Positions 16,685-26,370 of a stretch of DNA of 64,000 bases are shown piece by piece. Numbering within the stretch: position 1 is the stretch's first letter; each line of letters starts with the position of its first letter. Where the stretch lies: contig JANXXP010000273.1 of NCBI GenBank assembly GCA_025350595.1, positions 1,988 to 65,987 of the forward strand, read 5' to 3'. Position numbers and translations under genes: made by a program. The stretch comes from Bacteroidota bacterium. Its GTDB lineage: Bacteria > Bacteroidota > Bacteroidia > Bacteroidales > VadinHA17. The notes below the pieces were generated by a model that saw only the letters and a list, made by a program, of their open reading frames with translations, did no database searches and was not told the origin of the DNA.

Positions 16685-19012
16685 ATGAAAAAAATATCAA
16701 TATCACTTCTTATCCTGGTCCTTCTCGGAGGGGCCGATTCCTGCAATATAGAGCCTGTCTACAAAGACCCCTCTGCTCCTGTCGAGCTGCGTATAAAGGA
16801 TCTTTTGGGGCATATGATTATAAATGATAAGTTAAGACAAATTGATATCTGGCATCCTAAGATGGATCTCAGCAAACCTGAAGAATTAAAAAAAGCCATT
16901 GCCGAACTGGGAGACACGGTAAGCAACGGCATAGGCTTCCTCCAATTCCAGGTGAGAATGAATCAGGCAGATTATGCAGCAAGGTTTAATGCCATTCAAA
17001 AATATTTTGTTGAACAAACCAGGTTAGGAATTCCTGCAATTTCAAATGCTGAAGGGTGCCATGGATTTGTTGGTAATGAGAATAAACCGACTGTATTTCC
17101 CGCACCTCCGCTGCTTGGAAGCACCTGGGATCCTGAATTGATTGAAAGTGTTTATACAGCTGTAGCCAAAGAGATGCGTAGCTATGGAACCACTCATGCT
17201 GCCACTCCTGTAATAGATTTACTTCGCGATCCACGTTTTGGAAGGTCAGATGAATTTCTTGGCGAAGATCCATATCATGTGGCGCAAATGGGGGTAGCAG
17301 CTATTTTAGGATTACAGGGGCGCTCTCCAAAAATTGATGAAAACCACGTATTGGCATGTGCGAAACATTTTGGTGGTCATGGACAACCGGAAGGTGGGAC
17401 CAACCTTGCACCAGCAAATTTTTCGGAACGTGTTCTACGTGAAAATCACTTTTATCCTTTCGAAATGGCAGTTAAAAAGGCCAATGTACGCACTGTGATG
17501 GCCTCATACAACGAAATTGACGGTGTACCTAATCATGCCAATAAATGGTTGCTCACCGACATACTTCGGGGGGAATGGGGTTTTACCGGATATGTGATAT
17601 CCGACTTTGATGGAGTTAACAGAATAGTGACACGCCAGCATGCAGCACTGAATAAAGCCGAAGCAGGAAAATTTTCTATCTCAGCCGGAATGGATTTCGA
17701 GTGTCCCGAAAACTGGAATAAGTATTGCTTCAGTTATTTACCGGATCTCCTGCGTTCAGGACAGGTTAAGGAATCTGTACTCGATTCAGCTGTAGTACGG
17801 GTACTACGTAATAAATTTATTCTTGGATTATTCGAAAATCCTTATGTCAGGGTTATAACTGAAAACGAAAGCCTTGAAATGCAGAATAAACACAGACAGA
17901 TTGCACTTAAAACTGCTGAAGAGGGAATGATACTTCTCAAGAACGACAACAATACACTTCCATTCAATGAGAATAAGATTAAGAGATTAGCTGTAATTGG
18001 TCCTAACGCTGACGAGGTTCATTATGGAAATTATTCAAATGACATATCACATGGAATAAGCATTCTGGAAGGGCTTACAACATATGGAAAAGGAAAGTTC
18101 GAAGTAGTTTTCTCTGAAGGTTATAAAATTTATGAGAATGATAAGTCAATTAAACCTGAAGAAAAAACAGAAGAAGCTGAAAACCGCAGAATAAGAGAAG
18201 CTGTGGAACTTGCAAAAAAATGTGATGCGGTTTTGCTAGTTATGGGAGGGAATGAATTAACCTGCAGGGAAGAATGGGAAGGACATACCGGAGATGTTTA
18301 TGATCTTGATTTACTGGGAAGGCAGAATGATCTGGCAAAGGCGATATTTGAGATTGGAAAACAAACAGCAGTTCTACTGATAAACGGTCGTCCTCAAACA
18401 ATAAACTACCTTGCGGAAAAAGCACCAGCAATTATTGAAGGATGGTATCCGGGACAGGAACAGGGAACTGCAGTTGCGAACGTAATATTCGGAAAAGTTA
18501 ATCCAAGTGGTAAACTGGCAGTCACCTTTCCCCGACATGTTGGACAGCTTCCGGTTTATTACAACAGCAAACCTTACGTTCATGAAAGCCCATATATCAA
18601 TGGCAAGTATTCTCCATTGTACCATTTTGGATATGGGTTGAGTTATACACAATATAAATATTCCAACCTTAACCTGAGTACTAAGAAAATCAATGTTGAG
18701 GAACCGGTTAAAGTCAAGATAGATGTCACCAACGCAGGAGAAATGGATGGTGATGAAATAGTACAACTATATATTCGCGATATGGTAAGTACAGTTACAC
18801 GCCCTGTTCAGGAACTAAAGGATTTTACCCGGATCCATTTGAAAAAAGGTGAAACAAAAACAGTTGAATTCACGATCACCTCCGATAAATTGCAGTACTA
18901 TGGTCCTGATATGAAACGTATTGTTGAACCTGGTGAATTTGAAGTACAGGTAGGGAAAAGCTCAAATGACTATCTTCCTGACCGGTTTGAAGTAATAAAT
19001 AAATCTAACTAA
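16685..19012 (+). CDS. GH3 beta-glucosidase (BglX-like), secreted
   Basis: The start is taken at 16685 (MKKISISLLILVLL). GH3 blocks are 'KHFGGHGQPEGG', 'GYVISDFDG' (nucleophile) and 'GYGLSYTQYKYSN'. Confidence 0.9.
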   Translation: MKKISISLLILVLLGGADSCNIEPVYKDPSAPVELRIKDLLGHMIINDKLRQIDIWHPKMDLSKPEELKKAIAELGDTVSNGIGFLQFQVRMNQADYAARFNAIQKYFVEQTRLGIPAISNAEGCHGFVGNENKPTVFPAPPLLGSTWDPELIESVYTAVAKEMRSYGTTHAATPVIDLLRDPRFGRSDEFLGEDPYHVAQMGVAAILGLQGRSPKIDENHVLACAKHFGGHGQPEGGTNLAPANFSERVLRENHFYPFEMAVKKANVRTVMASYNEIDGVPNHANKWLLTDILRGEWGFTGYVISDFDGVNRIVTRQHAALNKAEAGKFSISAGMDFECPENWNKYCFSYLPDLLRSGQVKESVLDSAVVRVLRNKFILGLFENPYVRVITENESLEMQNKHRQIALKTAEEGMILLKNDNNTLPFNENKIKRLAVIGPNADEVHYGNYSNDISHGISILEGLTTYGKGKFEVVFSEGYKIYENDKSIKPEEKTEEAENRRIREAVELAKKCDAVLLVMGGNELTCREEWEGHTGDVYDLDLLGRQNDLAKAIFEIGKQTAVLLINGRPQTINYLAEKAPAIIEGWYPGQEQGTAVANVIFGKVNPSGKLAVTFPRHVGQLPVYYNSKPYVHESPYINGKYSPLYHFGYGLSYTQYKYSNLNLSTKKINVEEPVKVKIDVTNAGEMDGDEIVQLYIRDMVSTVTRPVQELKDFTRIHLKKGETKTVEFTITSDKLQYYGPDMKRIVEPGEFEVQVGKSSNDYLPDRFEVINKSN

Positions 19013-19030
19013 ACTAATAATATATAAGCG

Positions 19031-20545
19031 ATGAAAACAAAACAGTTACTGGAAAACAGTTTAATCTTACTTTTTTGTCTGCTTTTCCTCAATGTTGGGG
19101 CCCAGGTAAAAGTGATTAAAGCAGGATCATTTGACCAGCTTTCAGATATTGGATCTCCTAAAACTCAGGGAACAGTACAGTATAACGAAACAACACAAAC
19201 CCATCTTTTAAAAGGATCAGGTTCTAATATCTGGTTTGGGAATGACAGTTTTTCATTTCTCTCAAAAAAAATGAATGGTGATTTCATCATACAGACACAA
19301 ATATTATTTATCGGTAAAGGCCATGAACTACATCGCAAAACAGGCCTGATGATAAGAAAATCAACGGACTCAAATTCTCCTGTTGTTGCCTGCAGCGTAC
19401 ATGGCGATGGACTCACTTCTCTTCAATACCGTATTGCACCCGGAGATACTATGAAAGAAGTAAAATTCACTATTTCAGGTCCCAGTGTACTTCAACTTGA
19501 AAAGAAAGGTAATACCTATACTATGTCGGTTGCTCATTCAGGTGAGGTATTCCAGGTGCAAAAACTGGAAAACATGGACCTTGGTGCCGATTTACTTGCC
19601 GGACTATTTATCTGTTCACATAATAATGATTATACGGAAGAAGTGGAATTCACTAATACCAGAATTTTTAACTCTGCTCCTGACAATCTGGTCCAATACA
19701 AAACATATCTTGGGAGTCTGCTTGAAACAATGGATATTTCCACAGGGCACCGACAGGTTTTAGCAAGTGATAAAGGTTCGTGGCAGGCTCCAAACTGGAC
19801 TCCCGATGGTAAGACATTAATATATAACACCAGTGGTAAGTTGTTCAAATTTGATTTAGCTAGCCATGAATCGGTTGTTTTGAACACCGATTTTGCAACC
19901 AATAATAATAACGATCATGTTCTTACATTCGACGGCAAGCAATTGGGGATAAGTAACTCGAATGCCGAAACAAAAGGTCAGTCGTCAGTTTATACAGTAC
20001 CCGTAACAGGCGGCGTTCCCAAACGGATAACTGATAATAGTCCCTCCTATTTTCACGGCTGGTCTCCAGATAACCAGTTCTTACTCTTCACCGGACAGCG
20101 TAACGGCGATTTCGATATTTACAAAATCTCGAAGAACGGAGGTGCCGAAATCAGATTGACTGATACCAAAGGGCTTGATGATGGTTCAGAGTATTCTCCT
20201 GATGGAAAGTATATTTATTTCTGTTCAACCCGAACAGGAAAAATGCAGGTATGGAGAATGGAAGCTGACGGGAAAAACCAGGTTCAACTAACATTCGATG
20301 AATTGAATAACTGGTTTCCTCATGTATCCCCCGACAATAAATGGCTGGTATTTATCTCCTTTCCTAAAGAAGTACCTGCAGACAGCCATCCATTCTATCA
20401 AAGGGTGTATCTGCGTTTGATGTCTGTCAATGGAGGCGAAGTCAAAGTAATTGGGTATCTGTATGGTGGTCAGGGAACAATGAATGTCCCAAGCTGGTCG
20501 CCCGACAGCAAAAAAATTGCATTTGTGAGTAATGGTATTTTTTAA
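19031..20545 (+). CDS. TolB-like/PD40 beta-propeller protein with an N-terminal concanavalin-like (DUF1349-type) domain, secreted
   Basis: It has a signal peptide. The C-terminal half carries repeated 'WSPD(G/N)K...' PD40 motifs (WTPDGKTL, WSPDNQFL, YSPDGKYI, VSPDNKWL, WSPDSKKI). Confidence 0.7.
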   Translation: MKTKQLLENSLILLFCLLFLNVGAQVKVIKAGSFDQLSDIGSPKTQGTVQYNETTQTHLLKGSGSNIWFGNDSFSFLSKKMNGDFIIQTQILFIGKGHELHRKTGLMIRKSTDSNSPVVACSVHGDGLTSLQYRIAPGDTMKEVKFTISGPSVLQLEKKGNTYTMSVAHSGEVFQVQKLENMDLGADLLAGLFICSHNNDYTEEVEFTNTRIFNSAPDNLVQYKTYLGSLLETMDISTGHRQVLASDKGSWQAPNWTPDGKTLIYNTSGKLFKFDLASHESVVLNTDFATNNNNDHVLTFDGKQLGISNSNAETKGQSSVYTVPVTGGVPKRITDNSPSYFHGWSPDNQFLLFTGQRNGDFDIYKISKNGGAEIRLTDTKGLDDGSEYSPDGKYIYFCSTRTGKMQVWRMEADGKNQVQLTFDELNNWFPHVSPDNKWLVFISFPKEVPADSHPFYQRVYLRLMSVNGGEVKVIGYLYGGQGTMNVPSWSPDSKKIAFVSNGIF

Positions 20546-20555
20546 TAAAAACCAC

Positions 20556-21737
20556 ATGAGACCAAATCCTATAATAGTTATTCTTTTAATAATTGTTTTC
20601 TTAGCGCAGCATGCTAAAGCACAACAGAATACCGGATTCCGGCAGGAAAAAGTATTTTATCCTCAGGTGAATGAAAACAACACGGTGACATTCAAACTTA
20701 ATGCACCACTTGCTCAACAGGTGATATTATCAGGCGACTGGGAAGCCGACAAAGGTAAAGGTGAAATGCAAAAGGATAGTAACGGATTATGGAGTTTTAC
20801 TACAGTTCCTCTTCCTTCAGATATTTATAATTACAGATTTATTGTCGATGGGGTACAAATTTTAGATCCTAATAATTCGTTCCAGACCAGGGATGTAGGT
20901 ACACTCTTTAGTATATTCATTATTAATAAAGGGAAGGGAGATTATTACAGTGTAAATGATGTTCCTCATGGTAATGTTATCCGTACCTGGTACCACTCAA
21001 ATTTTTTCAAATCAGACAGGCGAATGGTAATCTATACCCCGGCCGGATATGAAGGGAGTAAAAAGAAGTATCCTGTACTTTATTTACTTCATGGCAGCGG
21101 AGGTGATGAGGAAGCCTGGATTAATTCAGGAAGTGTCATACGTATTATGGATAATCTTATTGCAGAAGGGAAAGCTGAACCAATGATAGTTGTTATGCCG
21201 AATGGAAATCCGTCTAAACAGGCAGCTCCCGGAGAAACTAAGGATAATTTAAACTATCGTCCAGCCATGAGCAATACCTTTCCAGGTTATAAAGATGGTA
21301 CTTACGAAGATTCGTTCAAAGAAATAATTGAATTCACCGATTCCCACTATAGCACAATTCCTCAGAAGACAAAAAGGGCTGTTGCCGGATTATCAATGGG
21401 TGGATTTCACTCATTGTATATTTCAGCCAATCTTCCCGATTTGTTCAGTTATGTTGGCTTATTCTCACCAGGGCTCAATTATAATGGTATTAATATTAAT
21501 ACTCATGCCTATAGTAACCTGGATGAAAAGCTTTTAAGTCTTAAGAAAAGCGGAGTCAAGCTTTACTGGATTGGCGTCGGAAAAGAAGATGGCTTATTAG
21601 GAGCCATTACAACTTATAGGAATAAGCTCGACAGTTTAAAATTTCCTTATACTTATAAAGAATCAACACGTGGTCATTTATGGACTAACTGGAGAAGCTA
21701 TTTACTGGAATTTGCGCCGCAACTATTTAAAAATTAA
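20556..21737 (+). CDS. Esterase (CE1/enterochelin-esterase-like 'putative esterase' family) with an N-terminal Ig-like/CBM48-like domain
   Basis: The start is taken at 20556, after the upstream stop. 'YPVLYLLHGSGGDE' is the oxyanion region and 'AVAGLSMGG' the GxSxG nucleophile. A signal peptide is present. Confidence 0.8.
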   Translation: MRPNPIIVILLIIVFLAQHAKAQQNTGFRQEKVFYPQVNENNTVTFKLNAPLAQQVILSGDWEADKGKGEMQKDSNGLWSFTTVPLPSDIYNYRFIVDGVQILDPNNSFQTRDVGTLFSIFIINKGKGDYYSVNDVPHGNVIRTWYHSNFFKSDRRMVIYTPAGYEGSKKKYPVLYLLHGSGGDEEAWINSGSVIRIMDNLIAEGKAEPMIVVMPNGNPSKQAAPGETKDNLNYRPAMSNTFPGYKDGTYEDSFKEIIEFTDSHYSTIPQKTKRAVAGLSMGGFHSLYISANLPDLFSYVGLFSPGLNYNGININTHAYSNLDEKLLSLKKSGVKLYWIGVGKEDGLLGAITTYRNKLDSLKFPYTYKESTRGHLWTNWRSYLLEFAPQLFKN

Positions 21738-21740
21738 ATT

Positions 21741-22715
21741 ATGAAAAATTACATGACTGTCAGAAAGACTGGAAAGAACTTATTGTTATTGACAATAGCA
21801 ACATGCTTTTTACTCATCATCAATGAGAATAAATCATTTGCGCAAAACCAGGTAAAAAAGGTTCCTGAATCACACATTAAACTAGCATTGAATGCTTTCT
21901 GTTTCAACGATTTACTTCTGACTAAAGGAACTCCTGAAAAGCCAGCTTTTACCTTATTTGATCTTCTCGATTGGTGCGCTGTGCAGAACATTGAAGCAAT
22001 TGATATAACCGGTTATTATATCCCCACTTATCCGGAAGTGCCATCGGATGAATATATATATGCACTGAAAAGTAAAGCCTTCAAACTGGGTATCGAAATT
22101 AGCGGTACAGGCATTCGTAATAATTTTGCGTCACCCGATCCGGCTGTTAGAAAAGCTGATGTTGAAATGGCTAAAAAATGGATCATTGTTGCAGAAAAAT
22201 TAGGTGCACCTGTTATCAGGCTATTTGCAGGAGCCATTCCAAAAGGATATGAAAACAAGTGGGATGAAGTTGCCGGATGGATGATTGAATGTTTCAAAGA
22301 GTGTGCAGCTTTCGGTGAGCAACATGGTGTTATCATTGGCATTCAGAATCATGGAGACATGCTTCAGACTGCAGAACAATGTATTAAAGTTGTAAAAGCG
22401 GTAAATTCCAAATGGGCCGGAATTATTCTTGATACGGGTAATTTTAAAGTTTCTGATCCTTATTCTGACATCGAAACTATTATTCCATATTCAGTAAACT
22501 GGCAGATGAAGGAAAGCGTTTTTGGGAACACAAGCGAAGTAAAAACCGATTATACAAGGGTAATGAAAATAATAAAAAAGAGTGGCTACCGCGGATATAT
22601 CCCTATTGAAACATTGAAACTTGTAGGCAAGGTCAAACCTTATGACCCATTTGTACTTGTGCCTCAGATGATGAAAGAATTGCATGCTTCTCAGGAAATG
22701 GTTTATAATAATTAA
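21741..22715 (+). CDS. Xylose-isomerase-like TIM-barrel protein (sugar phosphate isomerase/epimerase family) with a Sec leader
   Basis: Family pattern: 'GAPVIRLFAG', 'GVIIGIQNHG' and 'GIILDTGNF'. The N-terminus is 'KNLLLLTIATCFLLIINENKSFAQ'. Confidence 0.75.
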   Translation: MKNYMTVRKTGKNLLLLTIATCFLLIINENKSFAQNQVKKVPESHIKLALNAFCFNDLLLTKGTPEKPAFTLFDLLDWCAVQNIEAIDITGYYIPTYPEVPSDEYIYALKSKAFKLGIEISGTGIRNNFASPDPAVRKADVEMAKKWIIVAEKLGAPVIRLFAGAIPKGYENKWDEVAGWMIECFKECAAFGEQHGVIIGIQNHGDMLQTAEQCIKVVKAVNSKWAGIILDTGNFKVSDPYSDIETIIPYSVNWQMKESVFGNTSEVKTDYTRVMKIIKKSGYRGYIPIETLKLVGKVKPYDPFVLVPQMMKELHASQEMVYNN

Positions 22716-22738
22716 TAAACCCAATCTGTTTTAAAATT

Positions 22739-23011
22739 ATGAAAAGATTCTCGGATTCAACAGCAAAAGAAAAGAGCACTGATTCATCTAACCGGAGGGA
22801 TTTCATAAAGAAGGCTTCAATTGGTGGTTTAGGTGATGGAATTGGCCTGGCTCTTGATTGCGGTCCGGGTATGTTACTTTCAGACGCCATAAGACTTGCC
22901 AATCTCCTCGAGCCTTTTAACCTGATGTGGTGTGAGGATATGCTTACTGGGGACTATACACTATATGGTAATGAACCAAAACCCTTTACAAAAGATGTGC
23001 TTTTTCATTAA
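22739..23011 (+). pseudogene. Remnant of a third Tat-targeted enolase-superfamily gene
   Basis: The twin-arginine leader 'SNRRDFIKKASIGGLG' is joined directly to 'LALDCGPGMLLSDAIRLANLLEPFNLMWCEDML'. That segment aligns with the mid-barrel 'LCADHFGHFDVNNAIRFGKAMDKYRLAWLEDMV' of 26371-27861. The ORF ends after 90 aa, against 450-500 aa for the intact paralogues. Confidence 0.6.
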
Positions 23012-23032
23012 TATCAAATATAATTTAACAAT

Positions 23033-23734
23033 ATGAAAACTAGAAATATTTTTTCAGTACTGCCGATGATGATAATATTTTCCGGAATCGGAATATTTGA
23101 AAGTTGCCAGTCTGGTAAAATTGCTTACAAGGGAACACCTTTCAACGATTCAGTTTACAAATCCGGACCACAAATCATTCCCGGCAAATTGCAGTGCGAA
23201 TATTATGATTTTGGAGGTGAAGGAGTTGCTTATCATGATAGCGACTCAATCAACTCAGGGAGTGGAAAGCTGAATCCTGCTGATGGTTCTTATCTGAATG
23301 AATTCAGGATCAAAGAAGCTGTTGACATTTCATACACAAAATTCAGGGATCCTGCCATAGATAACAATCCCTATAATTTGGTAGGACCTGAAAAAGATCA
23401 GTTTTACGTCGGATGGACAGCTCCGGGAGAATGGACCAAGTATACAGTAAATGTTAAAGAAACAGGAACTTACCAGCTTGGAATAATGTACACATCAAAC
23501 CAGAACGGGAAAATTTCCATTTCAGTTAATGATCTTGATAAAACAGGCCCTCTGCCTGTTTCCTCAACATTTGTCGCTGCAGACAGTATTGCATGGAGGC
23601 AATGGCATCACTGGAACTACATAAATAAACTTGCAAAAATTGAGCTTCAAAAAGGTATCCAGACCATTACTATTCATACAGTTGAGATTGGCCAGATGAA
23701 CTACGATTTTATTAATTTTGAATTAAATAAATAG
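23033..23734 (+). CDS. CBM6/CBM35-like carbohydrate-binding lipoprotein
   Basis: The lipobox is 'FESC'. 'IIPGKLQCEYYDFGGEGVAYHDSD', '...YVGWTAPGEWTKYTVNV' and '...GTYQLGIMYTS' match the CBM6-type pattern. Confidence 0.7.
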   Translation: MKTRNIFSVLPMMIIFSGIGIFESCQSGKIAYKGTPFNDSVYKSGPQIIPGKLQCEYYDFGGEGVAYHDSDSINSGSGKLNPADGSYLNEFRIKEAVDISYTKFRDPAIDNNPYNLVGPEKDQFYVGWTAPGEWTKYTVNVKETGTYQLGIMYTSNQNGKISISVNDLDKTGPLPVSSTFVAADSIAWRQWHHWNYINKLAKIELQKGIQTITIHTVEIGQMNYDFINFELNK

Positions 23735-23800
23735 TATATTGGCATTGTAGAAATAAGCAAAATTCAACCCATTTTCATAACCCAATTAAGATCAAACAAG

Positions 23801-25381
23801 ATGATAAAAGAAGAAAGATTTCGGAAACTCCCGACCTGGTTACAAAAAACAATGTTGTTTTTAACTAAAATCAAAGTTCCTGCAAAAGTAATATTCATAG
23901 TGATTTCAGTATTGGCAACAATCTGGTTTCTATTCAGGGTTATTCCAAAACCTTCAAGAGCAACCTATCCCTGTATGCAGGTGGCAGCCCCAATTATGTC
24001 AGGTTTTGTTATCTGGCTGATCTCCATCACAAGCGCCACTTTTGCTTTCAAAAAAGCTAAACATAAATTTTCCCAGGCCAGGTATATTGCTGCAATTGCG
24101 TTCTTACTGCTTGGAATTTCAGCCACTTATGTGTTTATGACGCAAGCATCTACAGATACGAAAGCGGCCAGTCTCGACATTTGGTATAAACCAAATATTC
24201 CGCTTGGAGTGGCCAAAGGAGAATTTCCTGGCAGAGTTGCATGGGGACATAACTCTGCAATTGCTTCATGGGATGGAACAACCGGATTCTGGTGGGAGGA
24301 TCGCTTTAATAATCAGCCGGAAACTGATAAGCTTCTCACTGTAACATTGAAAACTCTTACAGGCCTTAAAAATGAAAAAAAATCATGGAATGCATTGTTT
24401 GTATTTTTCAACAAGTCAAAACATAATGTTGATGCCGGATATAAGCCCGGACAAAAAATTGCAATCAAAGTTAATCTGAACAATACCTATTCTCACGAAA
24501 GCAATAATGAAATCAATGCCAACCCTCATCTGATTTTATCTTTGTTAAAGAGTCTGGTAAATGAAGCAGGTGTTTCCCAGGAAAACATTACTGTTGGAGA
24601 CCCAAGTCGTTTTATGACCAATAATGTATATGACAAGCTTCATTCGGCTTATCCCAATGTTCATTACATTGATCATAATGGCGGAGACGGACGTGAAAAA
24701 GCTTCTTTTGTTGAAAATGCAATTCCTTACTCTGTAGATAATGGGAAGGTAGCAACAGGATTGGCAGCCAGTTTCGTTAATGCTGATTATATAATTGATA
24801 TGGCATTAATGAAAGGGCACGTTGGTCAGGGAGTAACTCTTTGTGCCAAGAATTTTTTCGGTTGTACAAGCATCGAGGATGACTGGCACAAAAATGCACA
24901 TTCAAGCGGTTTCAGCCAGAATAAAAAAGGATTGCATACCTACTCTGTTTATGCTGACTATATGGGGCATAAAGATCTGGGTGGCAAAACTATGCTGTTT
25001 TTAATCGATGGCATTTACAGTAATAAATTTGTCGATAAAGTACCAGCTTATAAATGGGCTCTACCTCCTTTTAACAATAACTGGCCTGGAAGTCTTTTTG
25101 CTTCTCAGGATGGCGTTGCGATTGATGCCGTAGTACTTGACTTTGTTCTTGCAGAATGGCCCGATGCACCGGACCTGATGTACAGCGATTTTTCTGTTAA
25201 CGAGAGTGCTCTGGCTGATAACCCTCCATCAGGAACAGTTTATGATCCTGAACGTGATGGGACAAAACTGGCAAGTCTTGGCGTTTCAGAACATTGGAAC
25301 AACTCTTTAGAAAAGAAGTACAGCCGAAACCTGAAAACAGGAAAAGGCATCGAACTTATATATTCAAGGGTTACAAAATAA
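23801..25381 (+). CDS. DUF362-family protein (paralogue B) with an N-terminal membrane anchor
   Basis: It has the same architecture as 8836-10566. The motif 'FRVIPKPSRATYPCMQVAAP' is identical, and 'KIAIKVNLN', 'ADYIIDMALMKGHVGQGVTLCAKNFFG', 'LFLIDGIYS', 'SQDGVAIDAVVLDFV' and the C-terminal 'LASLGVSEHWNN' correspond. Confidence 0.65.
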   Translation: MIKEERFRKLPTWLQKTMLFLTKIKVPAKVIFIVISVLATIWFLFRVIPKPSRATYPCMQVAAPIMSGFVIWLISITSATFAFKKAKHKFSQARYIAAIAFLLLGISATYVFMTQASTDTKAASLDIWYKPNIPLGVAKGEFPGRVAWGHNSAIASWDGTTGFWWEDRFNNQPETDKLLTVTLKTLTGLKNEKKSWNALFVFFNKSKHNVDAGYKPGQKIAIKVNLNNTYSHESNNEINANPHLILSLLKSLVNEAGVSQENITVGDPSRFMTNNVYDKLHSAYPNVHYIDHNGGDGREKASFVENAIPYSVDNGKVATGLAASFVNADYIIDMALMKGHVGQGVTLCAKNFFGCTSIEDDWHKNAHSSGFSQNKKGLHTYSVYADYMGHKDLGGKTMLFLIDGIYSNKFVDKVPAYKWALPPFNNNWPGSLFASQDGVAIDAVVLDFVLAEWPDAPDLMYSDFSVNESALADNPPSGTVYDPERDGTKLASLGVSEHWNNSLEKKYSRNLKTGKGIELIYSRVTK

Positions 25382-25428
25382 ATAATACATAAAAAAACTT
25401 AACTAATTCTAACCAAAAACCTTATACT

Positions 25429-26361
25429 ATGAGCAAAAGAATACTTTTAATTTCAGCCTTTATTTTGGGATACTTTTTTACATATGCTCAAAATGTTGGA
25501 TCCTCACCGGAATATATTAAAGCACTTACTTCTGAATGGAAAGGCGAGCGTTTTGCCGATGGAAGACCAAAGGTTTCCGATGCAATACTTGACAGATTGA
25601 AAAAAATTTCAATTGAAGAGGCCTGGGGAGTTTTAAGGAACAAAGGGTTTCAAAATCAATTTGAAGGTGACTGGACAATAATTAATCCTGATGAAGCAAT
25701 GACAGGCCGTGTGGTAACAGCTCAGTATATGCCCCTAAGACCTGATCTTGAGAAACAGGTTAAGGAACAGGGTAAAATTGAGAACAGAGCTCAGAAGGGT
25801 GGAACTAACTCATGGCCAATTGATATTTTGACCACAGGTGATGTATATGTTGCTGATGCTTATGGCAAAATAGCTGATGGTACATTAATCGGCGACAACC
25901 TTGGAAACTCAATCTATGCCAAGTCGCAAAGAGGTGTCGTTTTCTATGGTTCGGTGAGAGATCAGGAAGGCCTTTCTGAAATCAAAGGATTCAACGGATG
26001 GATTAAGGGAGCAGATCCTTCATACATACAGCAAATGATGCTGACTTCCATAAACGCACCAATTAGGGTTGGACGCGCAACAGTATTACCTGGTGATATT
26101 GTTCTTGCGAAAAAATATGGAGTCATCTTTATCCCTGCTTATCTTGTCGAAGACCTCGTATTGACTTCCGAAGTTACAGCCCTTCGCGATGAATTTGGAC
26201 ATCAGCGTCTGCGTGAAAAGAAATATCTCGCAGGACAGATTGATAGTCAATGGACTGAAGAAATCAAAAAAGACTTTCTTGACTGGCTGAATAAATATCC
26301 CGGCAAACTTCCTATGACAAAGACAGAACTGGATAATTATCTTAAAGACAGAAATTATTAA
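25429..26361 (+). CDS. RraA-like (class II aldolase / dimethylmenaquinone-methyltransferase fold) protein with a Sec leader
   Basis: The RraA pattern is 'GDVYVADAYGKIADGTLIGDNLGNSIYAKSQRGVVFYGSVRD'. The leader is MSKRILLISAFILGYFFTYAQ. At 310 aa it is longer than a canonical RraA. Confidence 0.7.
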   Translation: MSKRILLISAFILGYFFTYAQNVGSSPEYIKALTSEWKGERFADGRPKVSDAILDRLKKISIEEAWGVLRNKGFQNQFEGDWTIINPDEAMTGRVVTAQYMPLRPDLEKQVKEQGKIENRAQKGGTNSWPIDILTTGDVYVADAYGKIADGTLIGDNLGNSIYAKSQRGVVFYGSVRDQEGLSEIKGFNGWIKGADPSYIQQMMLTSINAPIRVGRATVLPGDIVLAKKYGVIFIPAYLVEDLVLTSEVTALRDEFGHQRLREKKYLAGQIDSQWTEEIKKDFLDWLNKYPGKLPMTKTELDNYLKDRNY

Positions 26362-26370
26362 TCTACAATC

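Noticed and set aside
22633-22902. An 89-aa minus-strand ORF overlapping the end of the TIM-barrel gene and the enolase remnant.
   Set aside because: The plus-strand frame carries a recognisable Tat leader and MR/MLE sequence. The minus-strand ORF has no features and spans a gene boundary.
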